Made by a program: the position numbers and the translations under genes. DNA of 64,000 nt. It comes from Pseudomonadota bacterium. GTDB lineage: Bacteria > Pseudomonadota > Gammaproteobacteria > Pseudomonadales > UBA6940. The notes beneath the pieces are model-generated. The model was not told the origin of the DNA. It saw only the letters and a list, made by a program, of their open reading frames with translations, and searched no databases. This document shows positions 1 to 10,158 of the stretch, in pieces (within the stretch, counting starts at the first letter, position 1; each line of letters starts with the position of its first letter). The stretch covers positions 50,960 through 114,959 of the forward strand of contig JAZKFP010000056.1 in the NCBI GenBank assembly GCA_040386355.1, written 5' to 3'.

Positions 1-1571
1 ATTTTAAAATCCTGCTGTTGATCCTTTAGGGTTTCTACAATTCGAATTTTTACGGCATCTGACAAAATATTGGCGCATTCTTCTGGTATTTTTACCAGCC
101 AACCCTGAGGTTGTTTTATAGCATCCGAATCCATCATTACAGCACGAGCAACACCTTTTAAAGCACTATTTAAAATGCATTCTGCCCACTCAACATATTC
201 CGCCGAATCGGTCGCGATTGATGATTGAGTAATGATTTCTTCTTTTGAAAATTCAACTGCATTAGATGATTTTGTAAGAATTTCTACAGGAATATTATTT
301 GAAGCTACATACCCTGAATCATTTAAAAAAGCTTGGTTCTCAGAAGATGTAATTTCAGGCAATTCAACCGATAACTCTACAAAATCTTTAATTTTTTTTT
401 TGTCGTCTTGTACAGATTCAGACTGAGTATTTTCAGCTATTGATTTTTCAGATAAGTGATTTGGCACACACGCAATCATACGTAGTAAAGCCATTTCAAA
501 ACCTTGTACAGGCGATGCAGCTAAAGCTAAGTCTCGTCGGCCTTGTAATAAGGCTTGATACATAAGTTGGACTTCAGCGACTGAAAAACTCTGAGCAAAT
601 TTTAACCATTTTTTATATTCAAGCGAAGTATATTGCTTGAAAATATTCTGCTCACCCAGAATTTGTATCATAGCAATATTATGAAACCACTGAAGTAGCG
701 TTGCCATTGCGCGATCAATGTCAGCACCACTGTGCGTAATTTCATGCATTGATGAAATAACACGTGAAATATCAGTTGTTGCTAGCCCTTCTACAATATT
801 CGAAATTAAAACGGAGTCAACTAAACCCAGCATACTTCGAACCACGGCTACGCTAACTTGATTCTTTCCTTGAGCAATCGCTTGATCGAGCAACGTTAAA
901 GCATCACGTACACTACCACTCGCCAATAATGCAATATCTTCTAACGCCTCTTGCTCAGCAAAAACCTGTTCAGCGTGCGTTACCTTAATAAGCTGTTGAG
1001 TAATTAACTCGGCGGATAACGGGCGCAAATGAAAATGTACGCACCGCGACACTACAGTGACTGGTAATTTCTGCGGATCGGTGGTTGCAAATAAAAATTG
1101 TACATGCGCAGGCGGTTCTTCCAAGGTTTTTAACAAGGCGTTAAAACTATGGTTAGAAAGCATATGAACTTCGTCAATTAAAAAAACTTTATATCGACCT
1201 ACAGAAGGAACGTATTGGGTTTGTTCGAGTAATTCACGAATATCATCTACGCCGGTACGTGACGCCGCATCAATTTCCAAAACATCAATAAATCGACCTT
1301 GTTGAATTGCATTACAAGCCGAACATTTTCCACAAGGTTGAGCACTGATTCCTATTTCACAATTTAAAGCACGCGCAACCAGGCGGGCTAAGGTTGTTTT
1401 ACCAACTCCGCGAGTACCAGAAAATAAATAAGCATGATGAAAATGGTTTGTCTGAAAACTGTGTTGTAGCGCTTGAATAATTGGGTCTTGACCAATGACA
1501 TCTTCAAAATGATGAGGACGCCACGTTCGTGCCAGAGCTAAGGTAGTACGACTCGACTCTGTTGCATTCAA
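1..1571 (-). CDS. dnaX: DNA polymerase III subunit gamma/tau, C-terminus cut by window edge
   Basis: Minus-strand frame reads ..TTLALARTWRPHHFEDVIGQ..HAYLFSGTRGVGKTTLARLVARALNC..GKCSACNAIQQGRFIDVLEIDAASRTGVDDIREL..VFLIDEVHMLS.. These are the clamp-loader AAA+ Walker A/B and the Cys cluster typical of DnaX. It is not in the ORF track because it runs off position 1. The start is uncertain: there is no ATG, and in-frame TTG codons lie at 1571/1574 (also 1616, 1631). Confidence 0.9.
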   Translation of the reverse strand, partial: MNATESSRTTLALARTWRPHHFEDVIGQDPIIQALQHSFQTNHFHHAYLFSGTRGVGKTTLARLVARALNCEIGISAQPCGKCSACNAIQQGRFIDVLEIDAASRTGVDDIRELLEQTQYVPSVGRYKVFLIDEVHMLSNHSFNALLKTLEEPPAHVQFLFATTDPQKLPVTVVSRCVHFHLRPLSAELITQQLIKVTHAEQVFAEQEALEDIALLASGSVRDALTLLDQAIAQGKNQVSVAVVRSMLGLVDSVLISNIVEGLATTDISRVISSMHEITHSGADIDRAMATLLQWFHNIAMIQILGEQNIFKQYTSLEYKKWLKFAQSFSVAEVQLMYQALLQGRRDLALAASPVQGFEMALLRMIACVPNHLSEKSIAENTQSESVQDDKKKIKDFVELSVELPEITSSENQAFLNDSGYVASNNIPVEILTKSSNAVEFSKEEIITQSSIATDSAEYVEWAECILNSALKGVARAVMMDSDAIKQPQGWLVKIPEECANILSDAVKIRIVETLKDQQQDFK

Positions 1572-1667
1572 CAAAGAAGATGGGGCCGTAGAATGCTCAT
1601 TCGGTAAAGTGGCCAATACTTGAATGCTCAATTTGAGTTTTAGAAATAGGTTGTATTGAATTTAGAT

Positions 1668-1779
1668 GGAGGCAACGCCACCAGCCACACTTCGGCACAA
1701 AATCACTTATTACCGTTGCTCCCTTCCGGGCCTGGCGGGGTTCACAAGTAGACCTTTGCGAAGGAACCGATGGGCTGCC
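1668..1779 (-). ncRNA. ffs: Signal recognition particle RNA (small bacterial 4.5S type)
   Basis: Minus strand reads GGCAGCCCAUCGG...GAACCCCGCCAGGCCCGGAAGGGAGCAACGGUAA...GGCUGGUGGCGUUGCC. It carries the conserved domain IV core (CCAGG.C.GGAAGG.AGCA). The 5' and 3' ends pair into a long helix (GGCAGCC/GGCGUUGCC, CAUCGG/CUGGUG). Length is about 112 nt. It lies just upstream of dnaX, as in many Gammaproteobacteria. Confidence 0.85.
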
Positions 1780-1974
1780 ATAAAACATGACGAATACTGA
1801 GTGCTCGTCAGGAAGCGTATTCTCTTCTAAGTTCATCAAAAATGCAAAAAAATATTCGGATTTTTTAGTTTTAAGGTGTATAAAAGGCTGCGTACAAAAA
1901 AGAATTGAAGTTCAAAAGGGTCTTCGGTATAAATGCAGGATATTTATTAAGACTGTCGCCGGGGCTACCTAATA

Positions 1975-3024
1975 ATGTCTGTTTCATCTGTTATTGAGCA
2001 AGCACGAACGATCATAAATGAATTGCCACAACAATTTGCTAAACAATCGATTATTTCTCACGTTTCGCGTTTAACAAATCCTATAAACAACCTAAGATCG
2101 CCACCTTCCACATTAAACAAAAGAATTGATTCCATAAAAGAAACACCTTTTTCTAAGCGTGTACGTACCACAGCGAAAGATGCAGTTCGAAATGGTAATA
2201 TTGCTCATATTAATGGGGATACAGGTCTTACGGATAAAGGCAAAGCTATTCATAGTCGATGTTGGATGAAAACTCCCGATGCAGGTCTAATCCTGAAAAC
2301 ATGCGCGGATAATCCAAAAGCCAAGCAGTATCTTGAAAATTCAGTACGTAAGTTAATTGAGACTCATTACCACCCTTCTCAACAGAAAGAGGTTTTCGAA
2401 ACCATATTAAAAGGTATTGACTTGGCGTGCGCTAACCCTTCAAACCTTACTTTAAACAAGCAAGGTTATCTAGCACCTGAGGTTGAACAAAGTTCGGAGA
2501 TGATCACGCGTCTTTTTCATATGAATGACCTTAAAGCCTCCAATATTATGGACAAAAATGATGGAGGAACTGACGATATGATGAGATGCAAAGTCAGTTT
2601 CCTCTTGGGGGAATATGCCCCACCATTCGTATTAATTACTAATATGAAGGGTAAATGGCAATTTTTTGATGAACATCGAAATTTAAAAGACGAAATGAAT
2701 ATTAATCCTACTGTTCCAATCATTATTCATACTGAAAAGATAAATAAAAAGGGTGAAAAAGAAGGCCATTTTGAGCTGTTAATACCTAAAGGATGTAATT
2801 TAAAACCAACTGATGTGATTTATAGCCACCAGCTTGAGTTGCCATCTAATACTTTGCCATGCCCACTATCTATGCTTAACTTTCCAAATCTTAATGATTT
2901 AAATAATAAAGATAAATCTGATGATCAAAAATCTACCTCGTCTGTTTTAAATCAGCAGTTAGAACATTTCTTACAACACCAACGTGAAAAGCTGATAGAA
3001 GAGCAATCTTCTAGCCGTTTATAG
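1975..3024 (+). CDS. Hypothetical protein (349 aa), no assignable domain; effector-like composition
   Basis: Long ATG ORF with only a short antisense competitor. The tail is Asn/Ser/Lys-rich and ends ..REKLIEEQSSSRL. I could not read a catalytic motif with confidence. Confidence 0.65.
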   Translation: MSVSSVIEQARTIINELPQQFAKQSIISHVSRLTNPINNLRSPPSTLNKRIDSIKETPFSKRVRTTAKDAVRNGNIAHINGDTGLTDKGKAIHSRCWMKTPDAGLILKTCADNPKAKQYLENSVRKLIETHYHPSQQKEVFETILKGIDLACANPSNLTLNKQGYLAPEVEQSSEMITRLFHMNDLKASNIMDKNDGGTDDMMRCKVSFLLGEYAPPFVLITNMKGKWQFFDEHRNLKDEMNINPTVPIIIHTEKINKKGEKEGHFELLIPKGCNLKPTDVIYSHQLELPSNTLPCPLSMLNFPNLNDLNNKDKSDDQKSTSSVLNQQLEHFLQHQREKLIEEQSSSRL

Positions 3025-3152
3025 AAATAAGCTCTGGGTATTTACACAGATTAACATTTCTTCAAAAACCGTTACCGATTTTCCCCTGCAGCTTCTTGAG
3101 GTTCGCATAAGCTTTATTAATTCAATGCAGCGAAATTCTGCTGTTTATTGTT

Positions 3153-4298
3153 ATGGCTAATAATGCTTGTGGGTACATTGAAATGGAGCAACATCAGCCT
3201 CAAAAGACTCATCAAAATCCTCCAACCCCTACAAAAGAAGTAATTTTTTCCGATACTAACGGACTCAGTGACACACATACTTTTTTAAAATCCAATGCTT
3301 TAACTCCTTTACCTCAAGAAGCTCTCACTAAAACCTGGTCGAGGTCATTAAAATGGTTGTACAACATTAATAATTGTTGGTTACAAGCTAAAAGAGCTCT
3401 CATTAAAAATCAGAATTATGATTTTTCCGTCAGCGCTGAACTTAGCATTGAACTTATTGCGTTGGTCGAAGCAAATCCCAATGGGATTTTATTATTGAGT
3501 CGAACTGATCAACTTTCTAGCACATTACTAAGCAATGGTATTCGTAGCATGGTTCGAGCTACGTTACTAAGCCTAGGGTTACAACGTCCACGTCTTGCAA
3601 TCCAACACAGCGTTCAAGGAATTTTTCTATTAAGTCTGTGTTATGACAGCATTCCTAAACCTATGATTTCTGCTGCTTTAGGACATCACCAATGGGCATT
3701 GGATCGAACTGCTCAAGAATTAATGCGTTATCGGCCTTTATTGGCAGTAGAAAAAACTCTAGCCATACCGGTTTTACAAATACAACGAGAACATGCTCAA
3801 TTTTGGATAAGACGCTCGCACCACACGCCGGAAGATTTTAGAAGTATTCCAGTTGATCATCAAATCATTACTATTTCAATGCTTTCTCAATTTCAAGAAT
3901 CTTTTTCTTCACCTTTGGAAGCACGACGTTTTCTTCATAAATCGCGTGATCGATATTTTGTGTCGCATTTAATTTATATGACAGAAGAAGTGACACCGCT
4001 TTTCCCAACCGGAAGCTTGGTGCAATTGGAAAATGGGCGACGTGGATTAGTAATAGAGCAAAACCCATCTAATGGATATAGGCCTTTAGTTTCGATTTTG
4101 GATCAAGAAGGTTTGCCCGAAGCCGGGTTAAGTGTACAAACCTCAGTTTCTGTATTAGATTTATGCGCTTCTGAACTGTGTCAGCATTGGATAGAAGTTA
4201 ATAGTCGTCATGGTATGCAGTGGAAATCATTGATGCAAAGTTGCATTGCGCATATGTCCTTTAAAAATAGGCCCTCCAAAAAACGGAACTTACATTAA
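3153..4298 (+). CDS. Hypothetical protein (381 aa)
   Basis: Long ORF. The start is ambiguous (Met1 or Met11, MEQHQPQK). No recognisable motif. Confidence 0.65.
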   Translation: MANNACGYIEMEQHQPQKTHQNPPTPTKEVIFSDTNGLSDTHTFLKSNALTPLPQEALTKTWSRSLKWLYNINNCWLQAKRALIKNQNYDFSVSAELSIELIALVEANPNGILLLSRTDQLSSTLLSNGIRSMVRATLLSLGLQRPRLAIQHSVQGIFLLSLCYDSIPKPMISAALGHHQWALDRTAQELMRYRPLLAVEKTLAIPVLQIQREHAQFWIRRSHHTPEDFRSIPVDHQIITISMLSQFQESFSSPLEARRFLHKSRDRYFVSHLIYMTEEVTPLFPTGSLVQLENGRRGLVIEQNPSNGYRPLVSILDQEGLPEAGLSVQTSVSVLDLCASELCQHWIEVNSRHGMQWKSLMQSCIAHMSFKNRPSKKRNLH

Positions 4299-4448
4299 TT
4301 AGTTCAGTCTTTGCTTCTCAATAGAATTTTGCATTTATTAAATGACTAATTCTTCATCACTCTAAAATATGCTTTTAGACTGCGGTTCCTCGCTCGTGAT
4401 AATTTATCGATTAAAATATGAGATTCTTTCCTAACATGGAGATTTCGA

Positions 4449-5855
4449 ATGATTCAAGTTGTGTTTAAAAGCTTGAGTGTTATCTTAATTGTATTAAGTA
4501 ATATTCTTTTCATTTCTCAAGCTCAGGCATTACCTTTTTTTAATTCAGAAGCCAATTCAAATAATAAAGTCCCATCGTTAGCGCCAATGCTTTCTAAAGT
4601 GACACCCGCAGTAGTGAATATCTCTACATCTACTCAACGAAATGCGGCAAATCCATTGCTCAACGATCCATTTTTTCGATATTTTTTTAATATTCCAGAT
4701 GGATATTCAGATCAACCTCAACCACCAAAAGCACAAAGCGCAGGTTCTGGTGTAATTATCGACGCTAATAAAGGTATTGTAGTTACTAACTATCATGTGA
4801 TTGCGAGCGCAGATGAAATTGAGGTGGGCCTGCAAAATGGCGCCATGATCAAAGCAGAATTAATTGGTAGTGATCCAGAAGTTGATATTGCAGTTCTTAA
4901 AGTTAAATCCAAAGATTTATCAGAATTACCATTAGCCGATATCACGAATTTACAAGTTGGTGATTTTGTCGTCGCAATTGGCAATCCGTTTGGGTTAGGT
5001 CAAACCGCGACAACTGGAATCGTAAGTGCATTAGGTCGAACTGGTTTAGGAATAGAAGGTTATGAAAATTTTATTCAAACTGACGCATCAATTAATCCAG
5101 GAAATTCTGGGGGCGCTTTAGTAAATCTTAAAGGGGAATTGATCGGAATTAATACGGCCATCCTTGCTCCTTCGGGTGGAAACGTTGGAATTGGTTTCGC
5201 CATTCCAATTGATATGGCGCACAACAGTATTAAACAAATTCTTGAATATGGTGAAGTGAGACGTGGACAATTAGGAATTGTTATTCAAGATTTAACAGCA
5301 GAATTAATTCAAGCTTTTGGTTTACCTGCGCAACAACAAGGCGTGATCGTAGCGGAAGTTATTACGGATTCTCCTGCAGATAAAGCAGGCGTAAAAGATC
5401 GAGACATTGTAACTGCACTTGATGGAAAGCCTATGAAAACTTCCGCACAGTTACGTAATGAAATTGGATTAAGACCGGCAGGAGAAACAATTTCTATTGA
5501 ATTATTACGAGATGGAAAAAAATTAAAAATAAAAGCTAAAACTACGCCATCCCAGCCACCCAAATCACCTTTGTCTCAAAAATCTGACTCGATTAATAAT
5601 AATTTTTTACACGAAAAATTGGCGGGTGCAGTATTAACTGATGATACCCAAGGTGAAGCTGTTATTGTTACTCAAATTCAACCCGGAAGTCCTGCAAATT
5701 ATTCAGGCTTAGAACCAGATGATCAAATTGTTATGGCGAATAATGAACCCGTAAGAAATTTAGATGATCTTAAAAAAAGTATTCAATCTAAGTCAGACCC
5801 ATTATTACTTCGAATAATTCGTGGCGAACGTGCTTTATTTATGGTTTTACAGTAA
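4449..5855 (+). CDS. htrA: Periplasmic HtrA-family serine endoprotease (DegQ/DegP-like) with two PDZ-like C-terminal regions
   Basis: Signal-peptide-like N-terminus (..ISQAQALP). The trypsin-fold triad contexts are present: VVTNYHVI (His), DIAVLKV (Asp), NPGNSGGALVNLKGELIGINTAI (Ser). Two repeated PDZ-type segments follow (..GVIVAEVITDSPADKAGVKDRDIV.. and ..VIVTQIQPGSPANYSGLEPDDQIV..). Confidence 0.92.
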   Translation: MIQVVFKSLSVILIVLSNILFISQAQALPFFNSEANSNNKVPSLAPMLSKVTPAVVNISTSTQRNAANPLLNDPFFRYFFNIPDGYSDQPQPPKAQSAGSGVIIDANKGIVVTNYHVIASADEIEVGLQNGAMIKAELIGSDPEVDIAVLKVKSKDLSELPLADITNLQVGDFVVAIGNPFGLGQTATTGIVSALGRTGLGIEGYENFIQTDASINPGNSGGALVNLKGELIGINTAILAPSGGNVGIGFAIPIDMAHNSIKQILEYGEVRRGQLGIVIQDLTAELIQAFGLPAQQQGVIVAEVITDSPADKAGVKDRDIVTALDGKPMKTSAQLRNEIGLRPAGETISIELLRDGKKLKIKAKTTPSQPPKSPLSQKSDSINNNFLHEKLAGAVLTDDTQGEAVIVTQIQPGSPANYSGLEPDDQIVMANNEPVRNLDDLKKSIQSKSDPLLLRIIRGERALFMVLQ

Positions 5856-5940
5856 ATTTTTTTATGAAGTTGGTGAAAAGAATTGATCATTTCAATCTTC
5901 AATTCGGATTATAGATTTTTTACATATTAAGAAAGAATAA

Positions 5941-5968
5941 GGCCAGATTTCTGGCCTTATTTATTTTC
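5941..5968 (+). terminator. Rho-independent terminator after htrA
   Basis: GGCCAG-ATTT-CTGGCC perfect 6-bp stem followed by TTATTTATTTT. Confidence 0.7.
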
Positions 5969-6018
5969 GTCTATCCTAAGATCTCGACCAATGAGGAAGA
6001 AAAACGGATTATCTCGGC

Positions 6019-6408
6019 ATGAATCCAATTAATCCAATATCATCGTCAGGGGTTGCCCCAATACAGCAGGTCGATACTCATGAAGTATCCGTACCAACTA
6101 CGCTTGAACCAATTTGTTCATCTTCGTCTACACTACCAATGACTTCGGCGGCTACCACCAGCTATCTTGTTTCTGCACAACAAACTTCAGGTTTTTCTCC
6201 CTTGATGCTGGCCTACGATGCAGCGTATGAGGAGTGGAACGGTCAGTTAGCATCTCAATATGTTTCAAGACAATTTACTGCTAACAACGACAAAACTATT
6301 TGGAATAGAATTACCGAGCCAGATGAAGTAGAAAAAATTCAAGATCAAGATAATTCAAATCAGCAAGACAACTCTTCTGAACAAGAAGATAAAGAGAACC
6401 TGGAATAA
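6019..6408 (+). CDS. Hypothetical acidic, Ser/Thr/Gln-rich protein (129 aa)
   Basis: Track ORF. Low-complexity acidic C-terminus (..QDQDNSNQQDNSSEQEDKENLE). No motif. Confidence 0.5.
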   Translation: MNPINPISSSGVAPIQQVDTHEVSVPTTLEPICSSSSTLPMTSAATTSYLVSAQQTSGFSPLMLAYDAAYEEWNGQLASQYVSRQFTANNDKTIWNRITEPDEVEKIQDQDNSNQQDNSSEQEDKENLE

Positions 6409-6676
6409 TCTTGAAATCCATACCCATGACGAATGAGTTTTAGGTTAAATGCAATGGTGAAGCATGAAGATTTTTTTTAATTGCAAGGCACTTTGACGCT
6501 GCATAGCTAAAGCTTTACGCAAGGAAAATCAACACAGCAAGCGGAAAAAAAGATCACGCTGAACACTTAAAACTCTATCGTTATGGCTATATTAATGCGC
6601 TACAGCGAACAGAATAACAAAAACCACCTACGAGAAACTCCATTTTTATTATTTAAAATACTGTGGAGCTTTAACA

Positions 6677-8911
6677 ATGTCGGATACAAAAAAGAATGAA
6701 AACAAAGCTACAAAAAATTCAAATAAAAACTCAAAATCTTTTTTAAATATTTCCTCCACTGTTCCTAGACAAGATCCTCCTGTACAGCTTGGTGATGTTC
6801 TAACAAGTAATCAAGGCGTTAAATTATCCGACAATCATAATAGTTTAAAAGCAGGTCCGCGCGGACCTACGCTTTTAGAAGATTTTATTTTACGAGAAAA
6901 AATTACAAGCTTTGATCATGAAAGAATTCCAGAACGTGCAGTTCATGCTCGCGGTGCAGGTGCATTTGGTTATTTTGAATGTACTGAAGACATGTCTAAA
7001 TTTACTTCAGCTGATTTTCTAAATGAAGTCGGTAAAAAAACTCCAGTTTTAGTTCGATTTTCAACTGTCGCTGGTAATCGTGGCTCGATGGATACCGCGC
7101 GTGATGTACGTGGATTTTCAGTAAAGTTTTATACCGATGAGGGTAATTACGATTTAGTGGGAAATAATATTCCTGTGTTTTTTATTCAAGATGCGATCAA
7201 ATTTCCTGATTTAGTACATGCTGTAAAACCTGAACAAAATAATGAAATTCCTCAAGCTTCATCTGCACATGATACGTTTTGGGATTTTATTTCGTTAATG
7301 CCCGAAAGTTTGCACATGATTATGTGGACTATGAGTGATCGTGCGATTCCACGCAGTTATCGTATGATGGAAGGATTTGGCGTTCATACCTTTCGATTTG
7401 TAAATACAAAGGGTGAAGCAACCTTTGTAAAGTTTCACTGGAAACCAGCTCTAGGTGTGCACGGTTTAGTGTGGGAAGAATCACAAATGCTGGGCGGATT
7501 AGATCCTGATTATCATCGTCGTGATTTATGGGAAAGCATTGAAAAAGGATATTTTCCTGAATGGGAATTAGGTGTGCAATTAATACCTGAAAAAGATGAA
7601 TTTAAATTTCCATTTGATTTATTAGATTCCACCAAACTTGTTCCTGAAGAATTAGTACCCGTGAGAAAAATTGGAAAATTAGTTTTAGATTGCAATCCCG
7701 ATAATTATTTTTCTGAAATTGAACAAGCGGCTTTTCATCCAGGTCATGTTGTGAGCGGAATCGATTTTACAAACGATCCATTATTACAAGGCCGATTGTT
7801 TTCATATACCGATACGCAATTAACACGGTTAGGTGGGCCTAATTTTCACGAACTACCGGTAAATCGCCCCCTTGCTAATGTACACAATCATCAACGCGAT
7901 GGATTTGGTCGACAATCTATTCCAAAAGGTCGTATTGCCTATGAACCTAATTCATTAGCAGGGGGCTGCCCTTTTCACGCAGGTGCTGACCCACAGGCAT
8001 TTGTACATTACACCGAAAGAATGTCTGGCCATAAAGTACGCGCACGCAGCGAGAGTTTTAGTGATCATTTTTCACAAGCAAGATTATTCTTTAATAGTCA
8101 AACCGATGTAGAAAAAAACCATATAAAAGACGCACTTGTTTTCGAATTATCTAAGGTTGAAACCTCTGCAATTCGAGAACGTATGATTCAAAATCTTTTT
8201 TTAGTTAATGAAAATTTGGCTGCTGAAGTTGCAGGAAAATTAGGTATTAAATTACCTAAAAAGCCTGTAATTCCACCTAATCCCGCAGATGCAAGCAATA
8301 ATATAGTCCCAAATAATCGTTCCATGCCCTATGCAAAAGAAGATCAGAAAAATATTCCGTCACAAAATACCGTTACATTACCTATTCAATCTAAAGCCTT
8401 AAGTATGATTTTAAGTTCTCCGAAAAAAGTAATGTCTCGAAAAGTGGCTTTGCTTATTAGTCCAAGTACAGCATCAGATGACATTGAGATGGTTACGAAG
8501 ATGTTGGAAACGGAAAATATCATGGTGGAGTTTATTGTGCCGAAACCTAATATCATTGATCTTCCCATGAAAACACCGGACCAAGAAAAAACACTAGCCT
8601 CTACACCGTCCCACAGTTATGACGCTGTATTCAGCCTCACAGCATTGTCAGGTTATGAAACTCCCAAGGATAAAGGCTTGGCCCTTCGATTTATAGGGCA
8701 GGCGTTTAAACACTGCAAGACCCTTGCTTCAAACAGTGCAGGACAAGAGCTTATTCACATGGCTGCATCTAATCTTGTTGATCACACTGACGGACTATTT
8801 ATAGCAACTGAAAAAAAATCTCTGAAAAAGATAACGAATTATTTTATTGATGGAATGCGAGAGCATCGGCATTGGTCGCGCGAAGATCCAGCGAAAATTT
8901 TACCTTACTAA
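6677..8911 (+). CDS. katE: Large-subunit monofunctional catalase (HPII type)
   Basis: Catalase signatures [32 protein letters not shown] and [18 protein letters not shown]. At 744 aa it has the extra C-terminal domain typical of HPII-class enzymes. Confidence 0.93.
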   Translation: MSDTKKNENKATKNSNKNSKSFLNISSTVPRQDPPVQLGDVLTSNQGVKLSDNHNSLKAGPRGPTLLEDFILREKITSFDHERIPERAVHARGAGAFGYFECTEDMSKFTSADFLNEVGKKTPVLVRFSTVAGNRGSMDTARDVRGFSVKFYTDEGNYDLVGNNIPVFFIQDAIKFPDLVHAVKPEQNNEIPQASSAHDTFWDFISLMPESLHMIMWTMSDRAIPRSYRMMEGFGVHTFRFVNTKGEATFVKFHWKPALGVHGLVWEESQMLGGLDPDYHRRDLWESIEKGYFPEWELGVQLIPEKDEFKFPFDLLDSTKLVPEELVPVRKIGKLVLDCNPDNYFSEIEQAAFHPGHVVSGIDFTNDPLLQGRLFSYTDTQLTRLGGPNFHELPVNRPLANVHNHQRDGFGRQSIPKGRIAYEPNSLAGGCPFHAGADPQAFVHYTERMSGHKVRARSESFSDHFSQARLFFNSQTDVEKNHIKDALVFELSKVETSAIRERMIQNLFLVNENLAAEVAGKLGIKLPKKPVIPPNPADASNNIVPNNRSMPYAKEDQKNIPSQNTVTLPIQSKALSMILSSPKKVMSRKVALLISPSTASDDIEMVTKMLETENIMVEFIVPKPNIIDLPMKTPDQEKTLASTPSHSYDAVFSLTALSGYETPKDKGLALRFIGQAFKHCKTLASNSAGQELIHMAASNLVDHTDGLFIATEKKSLKKITNYFIDGMREHRHWSREDPAKILPY

Positions 8912-8916
8912 CCGGA

Positions 8917-8945
8917 TTGACATATTCGAGGAAACTTGTAAGAAT
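8917..8945 (+). promoter_or_regulatory. Sigma70-like promoter for the tRNA gene
   Basis: TTGACA (8917-8922), a 16-17 nt spacer, then TAAGAAT, followed by a GC-rich discriminator (TCGCGCCC) about 40 nt upstream of the tRNA 5' end. Confidence 0.55.
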
Positions 8946-8983
8946 TCGCGCCCTTCGACAAGCAATTTGTCATAGGGCGATTT

Positions 8984-9060
8984 GGCAATGTAGCTCAGCT
9001 GGTTAGAGCGCGGCATTCATAATGCTGAGGTCGGTGGTTCAAGTCCACTCATTGCTACCA
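8984..9060 (+). tRNA. tRNA with CAU anticodon (elongator Met; an Ile2-lysidine identity cannot be excluded)
   Basis: Cloverleaf read by hand:
- acceptor GGCAATG/CATTGCT (G1-U72 wobble);
- D arm GCTC-AGCTGGTTA-GAGC;
- anticodon arm CGGCA-TTCATAA-TGCTG;
- variable AGGTC;
- T arm GGTGG-TTCAAGT-CCACT;
- encoded ACCA. Confidence 0.9.
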
Positions 9061-9378
9061 TAAAAATCAAGCACTTACGTTCAAAATCCTTCAGCAAGAC
9101 ATATCATATTTATCTTTCTATCAGACTTTTAAGCCTTTGATTTAACTCACCTCGGCATACTTTTATGATATGCGTTTTTGGCATTTTTATGCTTATTTTT
9201 TAGGTGTAAAAATGGCTCCAGAAACGGGATTGTACCAAACCTTGAATGGTCGACTGCCCCGCTAGTGATCGCGTCTGCTGACGAGCAAAACGCGCGTAAC
9301 AATCAAGCAGCGTTGGTGACAGCTGGAGAGACAGCACCTAATAAAATTGGCCGGTTATTTAAATTTTGAGAGGGGAAT

Positions 9379-9780
9379 ATGAACTCATTACAAGCATTGG
9401 TTAATGGTTGGCAAGCTGAATGGAAATCAGAGCGAGCAGAAACACAAATGACGCTTGGAAAATTAATTGATCGATTATCTCAGCTCGATCCATCACTTGA
9501 AATTGACGGAATTGAACAGCCGCACAGCTATCGAGGTTATTACAGCGATTTAGCATTTGAGCAATCCGAGAATAAGCGCACAGCTTCAGAAGTGCTCGCG
9601 CTTGCTAAATCATGCATAGACGTTAAGTTTGTGGGATATAAAGGAGCCTGGTTTTTAATGGAGCAAAATACGCCTGTTTGGATTGCGAGTTATTCATCAT
9701 GCGGTAATCGTCTTATATCAATCAATGATGATGGAAGTATTGAAACGGCTGCTGAGGAAGAAGAAGATGGTGAATTGTGA
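9379..9780 (+). CDS. Hypothetical phage cargo protein (133 aa)
   Basis: Strong RBS (GAGAGGGGAATATG). First gene of a co-oriented plus-strand block. Acidic C-terminus. Confidence 0.7.
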   Translation: MNSLQALVNGWQAEWKSERAETQMTLGKLIDRLSQLDPSLEIDGIEQPHSYRGYYSDLAFEQSENKRTASEVLALAKSCIDVKFVGYKGAWFLMEQNTPVWIASYSSCGNRLISINDDGSIETAAEEEEDGEL

Positions 9781-10087
9781 TTGCTGGAAATGCTTCGAGG
9801 CTAGAAGAGGAAAACAGTTTCCTTTAGGTCCAAATCATATGATCGTATGCTCGCAATGTGGCTACAAGAGATGCCCAAAAGCGCATGACCATAATTTTAA
9901 ATGCACAAGTAGTAACGACCCTGCACAAACCGGAAATTTTGATAGCAATACAATCATGGGAACAGCTAGACAGATTAGCGGCAGACAAGCTAATGATACT
10001 CAAGAGATTGCGGCAAGAATGAATATTAATAAAGAAGAATACAAAAGCGGCGACCAGGAACCCCTAATCCAAACCACGAAAGAGTAA
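9767..10087 (+). CDS. Cys/His-rich small protein (106 aa), putative zinc-binding
   Basis: Track ORF 9683-10087 trimmed to the in-frame ATG at 9767, which overlaps the upstream stop. The N-terminus is MVNCDCWKCFEARRG..CSQCGYKRCPKAHDHNFKC, with multiple CxxC-type pairs. Confidence 0.6.
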   Translation: MVNCDCWKCFEARRGKQFPLGPNHMIVCSQCGYKRCPKAHDHNFKCTSSNDPAQTGNFDSNTIMGTARQISGRQANDTQEIAARMNINKEEYKSGDQEPLIQTTKE

Positions 10088-10158
10088 CCCACGCGGTGCG
10101 CATTATGAAGAGGCGGCGCGGGTATTGTTGGAGTTAGATTATCACTGAGGAATTGATT

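Noticed and set aside
1597-1972. Track ORFs 1597-1839 (-) and 1787-1972 (+)
   Set aside because: Both lie over or beside the SRP RNA gene and its flanks, between dnaX and the next real gene. The conserved SRP domain IV sequence and long terminal helix explain the region. The ORFs have no RBS or motif.
9178-9369. 63-aa track ORF in the tRNA-prophage junction
   Set aside because: No RBS, odd composition, and it starts inside a T-rich terminator-like stretch. Treated as non-coding junction DNA.
9683-9766. N-terminal 28 codons of track ORF 9683-10087
   Set aside because: They overlap the previous gene by about 100 nt in another frame. The in-frame ATG at 9767 overlaps the upstream stop and begins the Cys-rich domain.
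10088-10125. GC-rich imperfect hairpin CCCACGC...GCGCGGG after the Cys-rich gene as a terminator
   Set aside because: It is a plausible attenuator, but the stem has a mismatch and the downstream tract (TATTGTTGG) is a poor U-run. Not confident enough to list as a feature.
10141-10155. ATCACTGAG 9-mer shared with the left arm of the 188-nt element
   Set aside because: By rough arithmetic a single 9-mer match in 64 kb (both strands) is expected by chance, and there is no flanking similarity.
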